Assembly: GCA_964430885.1 (NCBI GenBank)
Contig: CAYSHM010000001.1
Coordinates: 1-64,000, forward strand
DNA: 64,000 bases
DNA from: an uncultured archaeon
Lineage (GTDB): Archaea; Thermoplasmatota; Penumbrarchaeia; JASLWR01
Reading direction: 5' to 3'
Below the pieces are notes generated by a model, which worked only from the letters and a program-made list of their open reading frames with translations, was not told the DNA's origin and did no database searches. Positions 48,150 through 58,687 of the stretch are shown here, one piece after another. The translations under genes were made by a program, and so were the position numbers. Each line of letters starts with the position of its first letter. Position 1 is the stretch's first letter.

Positions 48150-49343
48150 ATGAAAGCAATATTTGATGGTCTATCGACACCTGATATTTTCAAGGATCAG
48201 TCAAAATTGGATTTTGATTATGTTCCAGATGAACTTCTTTACAGGGATGAAGAAGCAAAGACATTGGTCAATTTGTTAAGGCCTATGCTCAAGAAGGACC
48301 TATCGCAAAACATAATGCTGACTGGATCAGTGGGAACGGGTAAGACTGCCCTGGTAAAACGATTTTGCTTGGACATTCTTGATGTGGCTGTTGAGCGCAA
48401 TATTATTTTAGAATATATTCATGTCAACTGCAGAAGACGCAGAAGCGAAAGTATGGTCATGTTTGAGATCATCAAGCATTTTCAGCCCAATTTTCCTGAT
48501 CGCGGTTTCAATGTCAACGAGATCCAAAGACTTGTTAAAAAACATATCAAATCCAGAAAAGGATGTAAATTGTTAATAGTCCTTGATGAAGTGGATGCTT
48601 TAATAAATAACAGCGGGTGCGATCTGCTGTATTCATTGACACGTTTCAACGAGGAGGATATTTATCTTAAAGGGAGTATCTCACTGATATTGATATCCCA
48701 AAAGGATATAGTAAACCTCTTGGATGATGCTACAAGATCCACTGTTAAAAGATCGAATCAAGTAAGGCTGGAGAAATACAACAAGAGGCAATTATGGGGC
48801 ATTATCGAAAAACGTGTTGATTTGGCTTTCCATGACGGAGTGGTGGAAATGGAGGTGCCCGAGCTGATAGGTGAGATTGCTTCCGAATGGGGTGATGCTA
48901 GATATGCTATTGAACTCCTGGAAACTGGAGGAATGTTCGCCCAGAGAGAAGGGTCTAAGTATGTCAATGCGGAGCATGTAAGAGCAGCTAGAGCTTCCAC
49001 TTATCAGAAGATCAGCAGGGACAGGTTATTGACGCTGCCTCTACATCAAAAATTGACTCTCTTAGCAGTAGCACGCGGTCTGGTTAAAAGCACCTATATA
49101 TCCACTGGAGATGTGGAAGGACTGTACCGAATTGTATGTGAGGAATACCAACAGGAATCCCGGCAATATACTCAGTACTGGAAGTATATTAATAATCTTA
49201 TCAATGAAGGTATGATAGATGCCCGAATGGTCTCCGAAGGAATCAGGGGCAGGACGAGACATATCACCATATCCTCCGTTCCAGTCAAGGTGCTGATAAA
49301 GGAACTGGAACCTCTAATTAGATCGGATATATCCAAGAATTAA
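48150..49343 (+). CDS. cdc6: Orc1/Cdc6 replication initiator
   Basis: LDFDYVPDELLYRDEE, Walker A GSVGTGKT, HVNC, Walker B LLIVLDEVD, GDARYAIELL, winged-helix wing SEGIRGRT. Confidence 0.96.
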   Translation: MKAIFDGLSTPDIFKDQSKLDFDYVPDELLYRDEEAKTLVNLLRPMLKKDLSQNIMLTGSVGTGKTALVKRFCLDILDVAVERNIILEYIHVNCRRRRSESMVMFEIIKHFQPNFPDRGFNVNEIQRLVKKHIKSRKGCKLLIVLDEVDALINNSGCDLLYSLTRFNEEDIYLKGSISLILISQKDIVNLLDDATRSTVKRSNQVRLEKYNKRQLWGIIEKRVDLAFHDGVVEMEVPELIGEIASEWGDARYAIELLETGGMFAQREGSKYVNAEHVRAARASTYQKISRDRLLTLPLHQKLTLLAVARGLVKSTYISTGDVEGLYRIVCEEYQQESRQYTQYWKYINNLINEGMIDARMVSEGIRGRTRHITISSVPVKVLIKELEPLIRSDISKN

Positions 49344-49365
49344 AAATTAACCCCTTTGGTGTGAA

Positions 49366-50091
49366 TTGATGCTTTTATGTAAGATAAAGACAGGAATCCT
49401 AAAGGATTTTTTCAGGGCCATACCTGTTATTGATGAGTTCTGTATCATATCCATCACCAGAGGAAAATTGAATCTATCGGCCTCTAGTTCAGAGGATAAT
49501 CTTTTTGTCAAAGGAATCATTCCCGGGGAAAGTTTCGATTATTTGATGGCCAATGATCTAGAGTTTGCTATAAATCTTATTAAATTAAAGAATTTCATTG
49601 ATGGAGCATTCACAGGTACCTCCATTGAGATATCTATGTCTACCAAGGATGCCCTTCTGAATATTTCCACATCTCATATAGAGCGCCAATTCAACTGTCT
49701 GCATCCTGAAAATGTTGAACAGAGCAATATGGATATTCCATCTTATAAAATAGAATCCTGGGTAGTGGGCGGAAAGGATTTATCAGTCATTATCGGGGCA
49801 CTTTCTCAAATAGACAGCGATTCCTTTTTTGAATTAAGGGAAGGCGGTGTCATTTTTTCTTCTTTCAATGAGACTGATAGGGTGATTATTTCGGAGGAAT
49901 ATCAAGGTGATCTCCATGAAACTATAGGAATATTCGTCTCAACAAAACATTTGGGGCTTGTCAAGGATCATATCGGTATTAGGGACAGTGTCGGCCTGCA
50001 GCCATCCAATAAATCACCACTCCACGTTAGAGTTGATATTCCATCAGGATGCAAGGTTCATTATCTGATACCAAGATTGGGGAACCAGTAG
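49366..50091 (+). CDS. Highly divergent PCNA (sliding clamp)-like protein
   Basis: 241 aa; pattern LKDFF.AI..IDE, SFDY...EFAINL.KL..FI, SPL.V, VHYLIPR matches the PCNA layout. Confidence 0.7.
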   Translation: MMLLCKIKTGILKDFFRAIPVIDEFCIISITRGKLNLSASSSEDNLFVKGIIPGESFDYLMANDLEFAINLIKLKNFIDGAFTGTSIEISMSTKDALLNISTSHIERQFNCLHPENVEQSNMDIPSYKIESWVVGGKDLSVIIGALSQIDSDSFFELREGGVIFSSFNETDRVIISEEYQGDLHETIGIFVSTKHLGLVKDHIGIRDSVGLQPSNKSPLHVRVDIPSGCKVHYLIPRLGNQ

Positions 50092-50093
50092 TG

Positions 50094-51164
50094 TTATATG
50101 TGGGTCAGGCCGGCGCCTTTGGTATCGATAGACGTCTCGAAGACGTGCCCTCTGTTTTTCAGTATATTCAAGGATTTCAAGTATTTCTCCTCCTTTCTGC
50201 TTACATCATTTTCAAATACAGCAAAAACAGAATTTCCCAGCATACACATGGAAGCTTTTACTCTCAATTCATCCAATTCGTCACAGATATATTTTATCTC
50301 ATTTTTCATGAGTCCCGCATTCTCGGCAAAATACCTTGAAAGTTCAGTCATTTTCTTAATATTCTTTTCCTTGAGAAGTTTATCCAAAAGGTTTTTTCCA
50401 GCTTCATTGATCTTATCTTCCATGTTTTTGTCGTATATTATTTCACTGGTCTTGATGGGTTCACCCACAACACACAGTAGTATTGGATTATTGTATTGAT
50501 AACAATGGACCTTTCCGTAAGGATCCAATCCAGGTCTTTCTCTTATTGTGAATCCGCCTTTAATCTGTGCAGGAATATCACCCAGTCCAGTACCAGATCT
50601 GACCTCAGTCATATGGGCAAGAAAATGAAGGTCACTTATCTCCAGGGGCGAACCCAGGGCCGAATTCAATGCCAGTGCCTGACTAAGAAGGCCGCCTCCG
50701 CTCATTCCGAATCCCTGTGATTGGGGAAGTTGGAATTCAGATCGGATATCCAATAGGTATTTTCCGCACCAGCAAACTCCAGTTGATAGTGATAATGATT
50801 TCAGGAATGGATCTAATTTTCCTCTTGAATGAGCCATCTTTATTAATTGTTCTATCAGAATATATGTAGGTTTGAAATCATCATTTCTTTCAGATTCGGG
50901 CCGAGATTGAAAGATGTAATGAAGATCTGGTCTTACAACAGTCGTCCTTATTAGGTCATTTTTAATTTTATCTATCACTTTCAACTCAACTTTGGTTAGA
51001 ACTCCGTATGAAGTGTTGAATCCGGACCCCCTTGACCCGACTTTCCTATAATCACTGTTTGTCTTATCGATTACAAAGAATCCGGTTATATGTCCGGGAC
51101 AGAAGGCTTCTGCTGTAGTAACTGTCTCTATAAGGAAATATTTATTATCCAATATTCTACACAT
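50094..51164 (-). CDS. Archaeal pantoate kinase (GHMP family)
   Basis: AFCPGHITGFF, GSRGSG, QLPQSQGFGMSGG, AH..EV..GTGLGD, ASMCMLGNSVFA; adjacent to coaBC. Confidence 0.92.
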   Translation of the reverse strand: MCRILDNKYFLIETVTTAEAFCPGHITGFFVIDKTNSDYRKVGSRGSGFNTSYGVLTKVELKVIDKIKNDLIRTTVVRPDLHYIFQSRPESERNDDFKPTYILIEQLIKMAHSRGKLDPFLKSLSLSTGVCWCGKYLLDIRSEFQLPQSQGFGMSGGGLLSQALALNSALGSPLEISDLHFLAHMTEVRSGTGLGDIPAQIKGGFTIRERPGLDPYGKVHCYQYNNPILLCVVGEPIKTSEIIYDKNMEDKINEAGKNLLDKLLKEKNIKKMTELSRYFAENAGLMKNEIKYICDELDELRVKASMCMLGNSVFAVFENDVSRKEEKYLKSLNILKNRGHVFETSIDTKGAGLTHI

Positions 51165-51196
51165 CCATTTTTGCTATAATTCCTGGATATGCGTTC

Positions 51197-52426
51197 TCAG
51201 TTTATGGGACCGCTCTTGTTTCTTTTCAAAATCTCATCGAAAATAACGGAAGCATTGTCATCCTTGCTCCCCTGGGTAATGGTACTGTTATTGTCCCTAT
51301 CCAGAATGAATATCTTTGCTTCGTCCGGTTTGACATCCTCAAATTTATTGGCTACCATCAGGTCCAATTCCATCTCTTCCATCCTGTTTCTGGCCCTGTG
51401 TATAAGATCCTCATCGGAAATACAGCATTCCAGTTTGAAAGCGGTCAAAAAACTGTCAGGCGCCCTTTTTCTGATATGAGGGTTAACCTTTTGGGTGGGC
51501 TGCAGCTGCAGAGTAAGCTGGTCCCGGCCGGAATCTATTTTCCCATTATATTTATCGATGGTATAATCGGAAATTGCAGCACAGTTTATAATAATGTCAA
51601 ATGGATAGATCTTACTGTAATTTACAAGGCCTAGGAGGTCGTCAACGGTTTCAAAACGCCTTGTTTTAATAAAATAGGGAGGCTCGTATATCCCGTTTCC
51701 GAACCACATTTCTACATTCGCACCTCTCTCGAATGCATTCATTGCTAAAGCTATACCTGTTTTCCCGCTGCTTCTATTGGTGATCATCCTTACTTCATCT
51801 ATGTGTTCGCCGGTGGCCCCGGCTATTATCAGCACCTCTTTCCCCAGCATATCTCTCTGACCCAATCTTCTGATAGTATATTTCACCGCTAGATCAAGAT
51901 TGGCAATCTTTGCTTTCTCCTCTCCCAATTGAGGCTGAATGATCTCCACACCCATTCGCCGAAGTTCAATAATATTGTTCTTTATTGCAGGGTGGTCGTA
52001 CATGGTGCTGTGCATTGCGGGCATTATCATTATAGGTATTTTATTACCTATGGCTGTTAATGCAAATAGTGATACAGTTGTATCTCCTATTCCGTACAAT
52101 ATCTTGGAAATGGTGTTTGCAGTTGCAGGAGATATTAGAAGCAGATCTATTGCTTCCCATTTACCGCCGCAGAACTTCACATGTTCAACATCCCCAGTGA
52201 TATCTATGATGGGTTTTTTACCCGATGCAAACTCTATCGCTTCTGGTGTGACCATTTTCAAACTTTCTTTTGTCATTATGGGTATAACATCGGCGCCATG
52301 ACGAATTAGTTCTCTGATCAATTTAACGCATTGAATAGCACCAATTGAGCCCGTTATGCCAAGTCCTATCCTTCTGTTCTTGAGTTTTTGACTCTTTATC
52401 ATAAAAATAGTTTCGCTGGGATGCAT
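51197..52426 (-). CDS. coaBC: Bifunctional phosphopantothenoylcysteine decarboxylase/synthetase
   Basis: Start MHPS at 52426; GITGSIGA, PATANTISK, PAMH..MY, GAT.E.ID.VR.ITNRSSGKTG, AAISDY, FKLE, VAN. Confidence 0.95.
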   Translation of the reverse strand: MHPSETIFMIKSQKLKNRRIGLGITGSIGAIQCVKLIRELIRHGADVIPIMTKESLKMVTPEAIEFASGKKPIIDITGDVEHVKFCGGKWEAIDLLLISPATANTISKILYGIGDTTVSLFALTAIGNKIPIMIMPAMHSTMYDHPAIKNNIIELRRMGVEIIQPQLGEEKAKIANLDLAVKYTIRRLGQRDMLGKEVLIIAGATGEHIDEVRMITNRSSGKTGIALAMNAFERGANVEMWFGNGIYEPPYFIKTRRFETVDDLLGLVNYSKIYPFDIIINCAAISDYTIDKYNGKIDSGRDQLTLQLQPTQKVNPHIRKRAPDSFLTAFKLECCISDEDLIHRARNRMEEMELDLMVANKFEDVKPDEAKIFILDRDNNSTITQGSKDDNASVIFDEILKRNKSGPIN

Positions 52427-52587
52427 GAACAGAGTCAAGCACAAAACTCGTTTATATTTTTTTCTTTCCTGTACAGGAAAATTGATTATGCCTTTATTTT
52501 GGTAATTCATGATAAAAATAGGATTTAGGTGATTATAGAGTAGTTTGAATCAAAAGGATGAGCGGGATAAATTGATGATGAACTTTT

Positions 52588-53739
52588 TTACTCGTTTAGA
52601 ATCTCCATGGTCCCGCCTATCTTTTCCTTGTCCTGAATCCTATAGTTCCAGAACTTGCCAGCTCTTTCCTGCCCGATGATATGAGCATTCAGGAGTTTTT
52701 TCATGTGCCAGCTTACGGTGGAAGCGGATAGGTTTAAGGCCCGGCAAATATCTCCCTGGCTGCAATTAGGATTTACCATAATGAACCTAACCACATCCTT
52801 TCTAGTGGGATTTTTTAATAATGAAACAATCTCTTTGTATTCCAATCCGCCTATATGGTTTCTGAGTTCGGCCCCTCCGAAAATTCCCTCTGAATAGGCA
52901 TAATATCGCTTGTATTTACTTCCCTTGTGAGATAAGATCTTTTCGTTCCTTTCCAGGAGGCCCAGATGATACATTGCCGTGGACGGCGACATATCGAATT
53001 CATATTTTATGGCTGATAGATGTTCACCTGGATTGTGTTTTATGTATTCATATATGTCCCTTCTCAATCCCTTCATTATCTTATCATTTTTTCTTTTGTT
53101 CCTTGTAACAACACCTGCAAGACCCAGAAATACTATTATTGAAATGCCGATAATGATATAGACATTGTCAGTGATGAACTCTGCAGGAGAATTCATCCCT
53201 CTATTATTTTCGCCGTCCTCTTCCAGATCATCTAGAGCATTTCTGAATCCATTGTCATCATCATCAGAGCCGTAGCCACCCTCTTTGGGCGATTCCTCAT
53301 CATAGTCCTGAGCGCTGTTCTTATCATGCGATAGATCGGAGTCATCGTTGCTAACATCACTGGAATCATCATCCTCGGAGTCCAAAGATCCGTTCCCGCC
53401 TGCTTCAGTATCTGAATTGTTCCCGTCTTCTCTGGTCCTATAGGAGAAAAGATAGTTTTCTTCATCCAATAATGTCAGACGGGTGCTGTAGCTTTCTGAA
53501 TGAGAACTGACATATTTATTCAATGACGGAACTCCAAGGCTGAACAGGAAAAAGGAGAATATAAAAATACCTGCAATCAATACCATGTTCGTTCTCTTTG
53601 ATTTCAAATGTTGTTTCATCACTGCTACTATAGTTTCGATATATATTAATGATTTTGGTAAGACCATCGAAATGACGGGTGCAAAAGTTATACCTAAGAA
53701 AAGGATAATCTCTATTATGACCAAAAGTATTATAAACAT
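52588..53739 (-). CDS. Membrane-anchored double winged-HTH transcriptional regulator (start possibly 53619)
   Basis: Signal/TM, acidic D-rich segment, TM, then RRDIYEYIKHNPGEHLS..YHL..LE and PNCSQGDI..L.LS.STVSWHMKKL. Confidence 0.85.
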   Translation of the reverse strand: MFIILLVIIEIILFLGITFAPVISMVLPKSLIYIETIVAVMKQHLKSKRTNMVLIAGIFIFSFFLFSLGVPSLNKYVSSHSESYSTRLTLLDEENYLFSYRTREDGNNSDTEAGGNGSLDSEDDDSSDVSNDDSDLSHDKNSAQDYDEESPKEGGYGSDDDDNGFRNALDDLEEDGENNRGMNSPAEFITDNVYIIIGISIIVFLGLAGVVTRNKRKNDKIMKGLRRDIYEYIKHNPGEHLSAIKYEFDMSPSTAMYHLGLLERNEKILSHKGSKYKRYYAYSEGIFGGAELRNHIGGLEYKEIVSLLKNPTRKDVVRFIMVNPNCSQGDICRALNLSASTVSWHMKKLLNAHIIGQERAGKFWNYRIQDKEKIGGTMEILNE

Positions 53740-53891
53740 TTGATTGCTTGAAACGCTATTAGCGCTGGCCTCAATTTCAAAGTGTTAGTTTCAATAATTG
53801 AACCGGAAATTTTATGGTAAAATAATCGTAAATCACATTGAAATCTAATTAAATCAAATCCGATCAAGATTCACCAAAAAGGAATGATAAC

Positions 53892-55205
53892 ATGTCCATT
53901 CACAGATTGATGAATTCCTATAGGATGGTATCCATTAAGGAATCAGCTACATTAACAATGGCGGAAATAGCTTCCGAGTTATCTCAGAGCGGTGTTGATG
54001 TTATTTCCTTTTCAACAGGAGAACCGGATTTCCCCACTCCTCAGCACATTAAGGACGCTGCGAAGAAGGCTCTTGATGATGGATGGACATATTATACGCC
54101 GTCCAACGGAATAAAGAAACTTCGTATGGCTGTAGCGGAGAAGACCATTGCCGAAAACGATATACCTTGTTCTTACAGAAATGTTATCATAACTCCTGCT
54201 AAACATGCGATATTCTCATCTATCTTTTCAACGGTCCAAAAGGGTAGTGAAGTGATTGTTCCTGATCCCCTTTGGGTGTCTTATATTCCTCAGATAGAGC
54301 TTTCGGAGGCCAAACCGGTTTATGTGCCTTTAGATCCTGAAAACGATTTTAGAATGCTTCCAGACGATATCAATGAAAAAATTACTCCTTACACGAAGAT
54401 GATCATCCTCAATTCTCCTTCAAATCCTACGGGAGGAGTTCTTAAACAGGAGGATATCAAGGGGATTGCAGATCTGGCCATAGACCATGATCTGATTGTG
54501 TTATCGGATGAAATTTACGAAAAGATCATCTATGATGCCAAACACCATTCAATAGCTTCACTTCCTGACATGTTCGAGAGAACCATAACCATAAACGGCT
54601 TCTCAAAGGCTTATTCAATGACGGGTTGGAGAATGGGCTGGCTTATTTCCCCCAAGCCTCTTATTAAGGAGATATCAAAGATACAGCAGCACACAATTAG
54701 CTGTGCTACCGCCTTTGCCCAGATGGGTGCCTTAGAAGCCCTGAGAGGCCCTCAGGAACCAATCAATGAGATGGTAGAAAAATTCCGTAATCGAAGGGAT
54801 TATACGGTTGACCGGTTGAATCAGATGGAAGGAATCAGCTGTGTGAAACCAAAGGGGGCTTTCTATGCTTATTACTCCTTTGATCATGACATGTCCGCCC
54901 CTGATTTTGCCATGCACCTGTTGAAGAAAGGGCATGTGGCAATGACCCCAGGCACAGCTTTCGGTCCGTCGGGTGACAATTTCATACGGATGACCTATGC
55001 CAACTCCCTTGAGAACATAAAGGAAGGCCTGAACCGAATGGAAGAGGCCATTAAGGATCTGCCGATCAAATGGAGACGTTCCAAGAAAGAGAAATCAAAT
55101 GGGATGGTGGGAGAAAGAAAGGCATTTACAAAGGAAGATCTGAAACATTTTCCAAAATTGAAAGATAAGAACAGGGGCGTAATTCCATTGCCCCTGGATA
55201 AATGA
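53892..55205 (+). CDS. PLP-dependent aminotransferase class I/II (aspartate aminotransferase-like)
   Basis: GEPDFPTP, NSPSNPTG, SDEIYE, GFSKAYSMTGWRMG, PKGAFY, PGTAFG. Confidence 0.95.
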   Translation: MSIHRLMNSYRMVSIKESATLTMAEIASELSQSGVDVISFSTGEPDFPTPQHIKDAAKKALDDGWTYYTPSNGIKKLRMAVAEKTIAENDIPCSYRNVIITPAKHAIFSSIFSTVQKGSEVIVPDPLWVSYIPQIELSEAKPVYVPLDPENDFRMLPDDINEKITPYTKMIILNSPSNPTGGVLKQEDIKGIADLAIDHDLIVLSDEIYEKIIYDAKHHSIASLPDMFERTITINGFSKAYSMTGWRMGWLISPKPLIKEISKIQQHTISCATAFAQMGALEALRGPQEPINEMVEKFRNRRDYTVDRLNQMEGISCVKPKGAFYAYYSFDHDMSAPDFAMHLLKKGHVAMTPGTAFGPSGDNFIRMTYANSLENIKEGLNRMEEAIKDLPIKWRRSKKEKSNGMVGERKAFTKEDLKHFPKLKDKNRGVIPLPLDK

Positions 55206-55261
55206 ATTTAAGATAACTATGCAACAAAAAGATTGAGCATAATAATTTCACATCATTTTTT

Positions 55262-56356
55262 CTACATTTTGGTAAGGAAGGATTTTATTAGTTCGATATC
55301 TCCTCGAATATTGGCCACAAGACTTCTGACCTCTTTTATCTCCCTCTCCATTATTTTGTTTGTTTCATCGTGATTCTTGTTGAGTGTCTTCATAAGATCT
55401 TTCTGCTGCTGGTTGAGAAGTTCAATATTGTTCTTGTGATTTTTTTCCACCATTTTTATGAAGTTTCCCATCATTTCCCGATTTTTATTGAACTCCTGGC
55501 CTATGGATTGTACTGTGGTGTCGAGTATTCCCTTTGTTTCACCTTTGAATTTACCCAGCTCATTATTGAGATCTGTTTTTAGCTCTCTAGTGGCCACATG
55601 GAATTTTTGAAGAAGATCATCCAATTTACCATTCATGGACTTGTGGTTCTTGGTGTTAAGATTGTTGATGTTCTCATATCTCTTCTTTCCCTCACTGTTC
55701 AGAACCTGAACCGCCTTTGCAATCTCCGCCATTTTCGTCTTTATGATCTTTGCGATATCATTATCCATGTTATTGAGGAAATCCATGAGGTTTTCTTCCA
55801 CTTTACCCATTTCATCCTTCATGCTGTCTATTTCAACCTCTAGGTTACCCCTCAATTGAGTCATTTCTCTGGAGGAAGCTTTGATAATACCTTTAGAAGC
55901 TTTCAATATATCTTCTGTGAATTCTTGGCTTAACTCCTCTAATTTGGGTTTTATCTCGTTGGTGTCAGTGAGCAGTTTGTTCTGTCTCATGGCCGATTGT
56001 TTGAACCTCTTTCCTATCTCTTGACCCAAACTGGAGTTTTGATTATTAATATAGGTGTTCATACTCTTCAAAGATTCGTTCATCTTCCGATCCGCAACGT
56101 TCATTTGTCTCTCCAGTGCCAGATAGGTATTCTTGATAATATCGTCTACTTTTTTGGCCAGGATTTCAGTTAGTTCCATGGTGGCAAAAACAGTCCAGTG
56201 ATCGTTTTTTCTGAAGTCCTTCATGGGTGAGTCTTCCAAACCCTTCTGCTTTCGCCATTCTCTGTTGCTTATCCTTTTCAGAATTCCATTCAATTCCCTG
56301 GAAATGAGTCCTTTCTGATATGATTCCCATTTAGCCATGATAATTTCTCCTTTCAA
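55262..56356 (-). CDS. Hypothetical coiled-coil/amphipathic-helix protein (start possibly 56338)
   Basis: Long heptad-like helical sequence with no TM; AGGAG before MAKWE. Confidence 0.75.
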   Translation of the reverse strand: MKGEIIMAKWESYQKGLISRELNGILKRISNREWRKQKGLEDSPMKDFRKNDHWTVFATMELTEILAKKVDDIIKNTYLALERQMNVADRKMNESLKSMNTYINNQNSSLGQEIGKRFKQSAMRQNKLLTDTNEIKPKLEELSQEFTEDILKASKGIIKASSREMTQLRGNLEVEIDSMKDEMGKVEENLMDFLNNMDNDIAKIIKTKMAEIAKAVQVLNSEGKKRYENINNLNTKNHKSMNGKLDDLLQKFHVATRELKTDLNNELGKFKGETKGILDTTVQSIGQEFNKNREMMGNFIKMVEKNHKNNIELLNQQQKDLMKTLNKNHDETNKIMEREIKEVRSLVANIRGDIELIKSFLTKM

Positions 56357-56682
56357 ATTATAAGAAGTCCTTGAGTACTACAATCGATGTATGGTCTTTC
56401 AATTTATCCTTTGTTATTATTATTATTATTTCAGGTCAAGAACATTCTTAGGCAATACACAGAAAATACACTTGTAATTATAAATACCTATTCCCCTTTT
56501 ATTTTACCAGTGTTGGCAATATTGTCGGCCAGAAATTTTACATATGATTCATTAAAATCCATTTTCTTCAGGGAATGGATATTATGATGGATATTATTAC
56601 AGTAATATAGATAAAGAGAAGTTAGTAATGAGTTAATATTGACTAACAGTATCTTGTTTACTCCCCTTAAAAGCTCCAATAG

Positions 56683-58041
56683 GTGATTAGAATGATAGTG
56701 TCAGAGGAAGGGACCGATATCAGATCGGTGGCCAGGGAATGCAGCAGTAAGTTGTTCGTTGCCAAGGGAATAATAACAAAATTACATTCCATGGGCAGAA
56801 ATGTCTCCGACCTTCTTCACCTGTATTTTGAATCTCGAGAGCCCCTGATAAACCAAGATTATAAAAGGGCGTTGGGAATTGCCCAGAAGGTTCATGACAG
56901 GTCAATGGGGATGCTGGAATTGACACTTAAACCTGAAGATAACGCATCTTCTATTGAAGAATCTACCGTAGAGAAGGAATTGACAGGTGCGGAAGTCGGA
57001 CTTGATTTCGAAATGGAGCTGGATGAAAAAGATGTGGATGTTTCGCAAATTGATATCCAAGATGATTTGGAAAAGGATGTGGAATTGGAATGTCCAGATT
57101 GCGGAAATTTTTATTTGCCTGATGATGGAGGATGTTCCATATGCTTTGAAGCAGATTCGGCCCCTGGAGATCCAGATCATTTGTTCATTGATGTTAAGGA
57201 GAATGATCCGGAGGAAATGAAGTCTCAAACAGTCGAATTTATTGAACTTAAAGGATCGAAGCCGAAGAATTTCAATACTGAAAAAGAAACTTCTGAGGTC
57301 AATGAATATTTGGCTTTTGAAATGATCGAGGAAAAAGACACCCAGGATATAGGAGAAGATGTGGATATTTTCCTAGGCGAAGAATCTTTTATCCTTATGG
57401 ATGATCCGGAGGGCAGTCCGAACCGCTCTTTGGAAATGGAACTCATTCCTGAAGATCAGATTTCACCAGATAGAGTAAATATGGATGAGGTGAGGGATGA
57501 GATGGATTCCTTAGTAGCATCAGGTGATAGCTCAGGGGCATTGGCACTATTGAACAAATATATCAAAGATTATCCAAATGACGTTGTTTTACACAATGAA
57601 AAGGCATTATTCCTCAATATTTCTGGGAACTTCAAGGAAGCTATTATCGAGTATGACCGTTCTCTGGAAATAGATCCAAAATCGGTGGAGACTTGGATGG
57701 ACAAGGGATATGCTCAGCATAGCTCAGGGGAGATAGTGGATGCATTCTACTGTTATGAGAAAGCGAGGGAATTGGATCCGGAGAACACGTCGGTCCTAAC
57801 AAGCTTGGGGGCTCTTTATTTTGAAGGAGAGGAATATGATAAAGCAGATCAATTTTTCACATTGGCAACAGATTTGAATCCGGAAGATCCAGACCTATGG
57901 AACTATAGAGCTTTTATCAATGAGAGAAGGGGGCGTTTCATGGAAGCCCTGAAGATATATGATAATGTCCTTGAATTGGATCCATTTCACAGGGAAGCTC
58001 TCATTGGTAGAGATAACTGCCTCAGTACCATTGCTAAGTGA
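56683..58041 (+). CDS. Zinc-ribbon and TPR-repeat protein
   Basis: CPDC..CSIC; about 5 TPRs (EAIIEYDRSLEIDP, AFYCYEKARELDP, EALKIYDNVLELDP). Confidence 0.88.
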   Translation: MIRMIVSEEGTDIRSVARECSSKLFVAKGIITKLHSMGRNVSDLLHLYFESREPLINQDYKRALGIAQKVHDRSMGMLELTLKPEDNASSIEESTVEKELTGAEVGLDFEMELDEKDVDVSQIDIQDDLEKDVELECPDCGNFYLPDDGGCSICFEADSAPGDPDHLFIDVKENDPEEMKSQTVEFIELKGSKPKNFNTEKETSEVNEYLAFEMIEEKDTQDIGEDVDIFLGEESFILMDDPEGSPNRSLEMELIPEDQISPDRVNMDEVRDEMDSLVASGDSSGALALLNKYIKDYPNDVVLHNEKALFLNISGNFKEAIIEYDRSLEIDPKSVETWMDKGYAQHSSGEIVDAFYCYEKARELDPENTSVLTSLGALYFEGEEYDKADQFFTLATDLNPEDPDLWNYRAFINERRGRFMEALKIYDNVLELDPFHREALIGRDNCLSTIAK

Positions 58042-58070
58042 CGAATTTTTTTTATAGGTGTTGATTTCCC

Positions 58071-58667
58071 ATGTCTAGCAGATGGTACAGCAGGAAGAAG
58101 AAGGAATATTATTATAATAGGGCTAAAAAAAGTGGCTACAGGGCTAGGTCAGCCTATAAGTTGATACAGATAAATAAGAAATTTGACCTTATACATATTG
58201 GAGATAATGTTGTGGATCTCGGCGCTGCTCCAGGAGGGTGGAGTCAAATAGCTGTTCAGCTTGTGGGAGAAGAAGGAAAGGTGGTAGGGGTGGATCTCGA
58301 TCCTATAAAAACTCTGGAAGGTGCGGAATTTATAAGAGGAGATATGAGGGAAGAAAGGATAGTAAAATTGGTTAAGGAAAAAATTCCTAAAATCGATGTG
58401 GGGATATCCGATATGTCCCCGAATATTACAGGAAATTATTCTGTTGACCAGGCACTGTCCTTTGAATTGGCTATGACAGCTTTATTGTTTTTCAAGGAAA
58501 ATCTCAAGAAAGGCGGAAGTTGTGTGATGAAGATATTTGAAGGTGAGGATTTTCCCAGGTTTATTGAGACCGCCCGAGAATATTTCAGTTATGTGAAGCC
58601 GTTCAGACCGGGTGCCACAAGGAACAAGAGCTCGGAGATCTATATTGTCTGCAAGAATAGAAAATGA
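58071..58667 (+). CDS. rlmE: 23S rRNA 2'-O-methyltransferase RlmE/FtsJ
   Basis: GYRARSAYKL, DLGAAPGGWSQ, SDMSPNITG, KIFEG, SSEIY (K-D-K-E tetrad). Confidence 0.96.
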   Translation: MSSRWYSRKKKEYYYNRAKKSGYRARSAYKLIQINKKFDLIHIGDNVVDLGAAPGGWSQIAVQLVGEEGKVVGVDLDPIKTLEGAEFIRGDMREERIVKLVKEKIPKIDVGISDMSPNITGNYSVDQALSFELAMTALLFFKENLKKGGSCVMKIFEGEDFPRFIETAREYFSYVKPFRPGATRNKSSEIYIVCKNRK

Positions 58668-58687
58668 ATTTGCAGGCAGCTATATGA

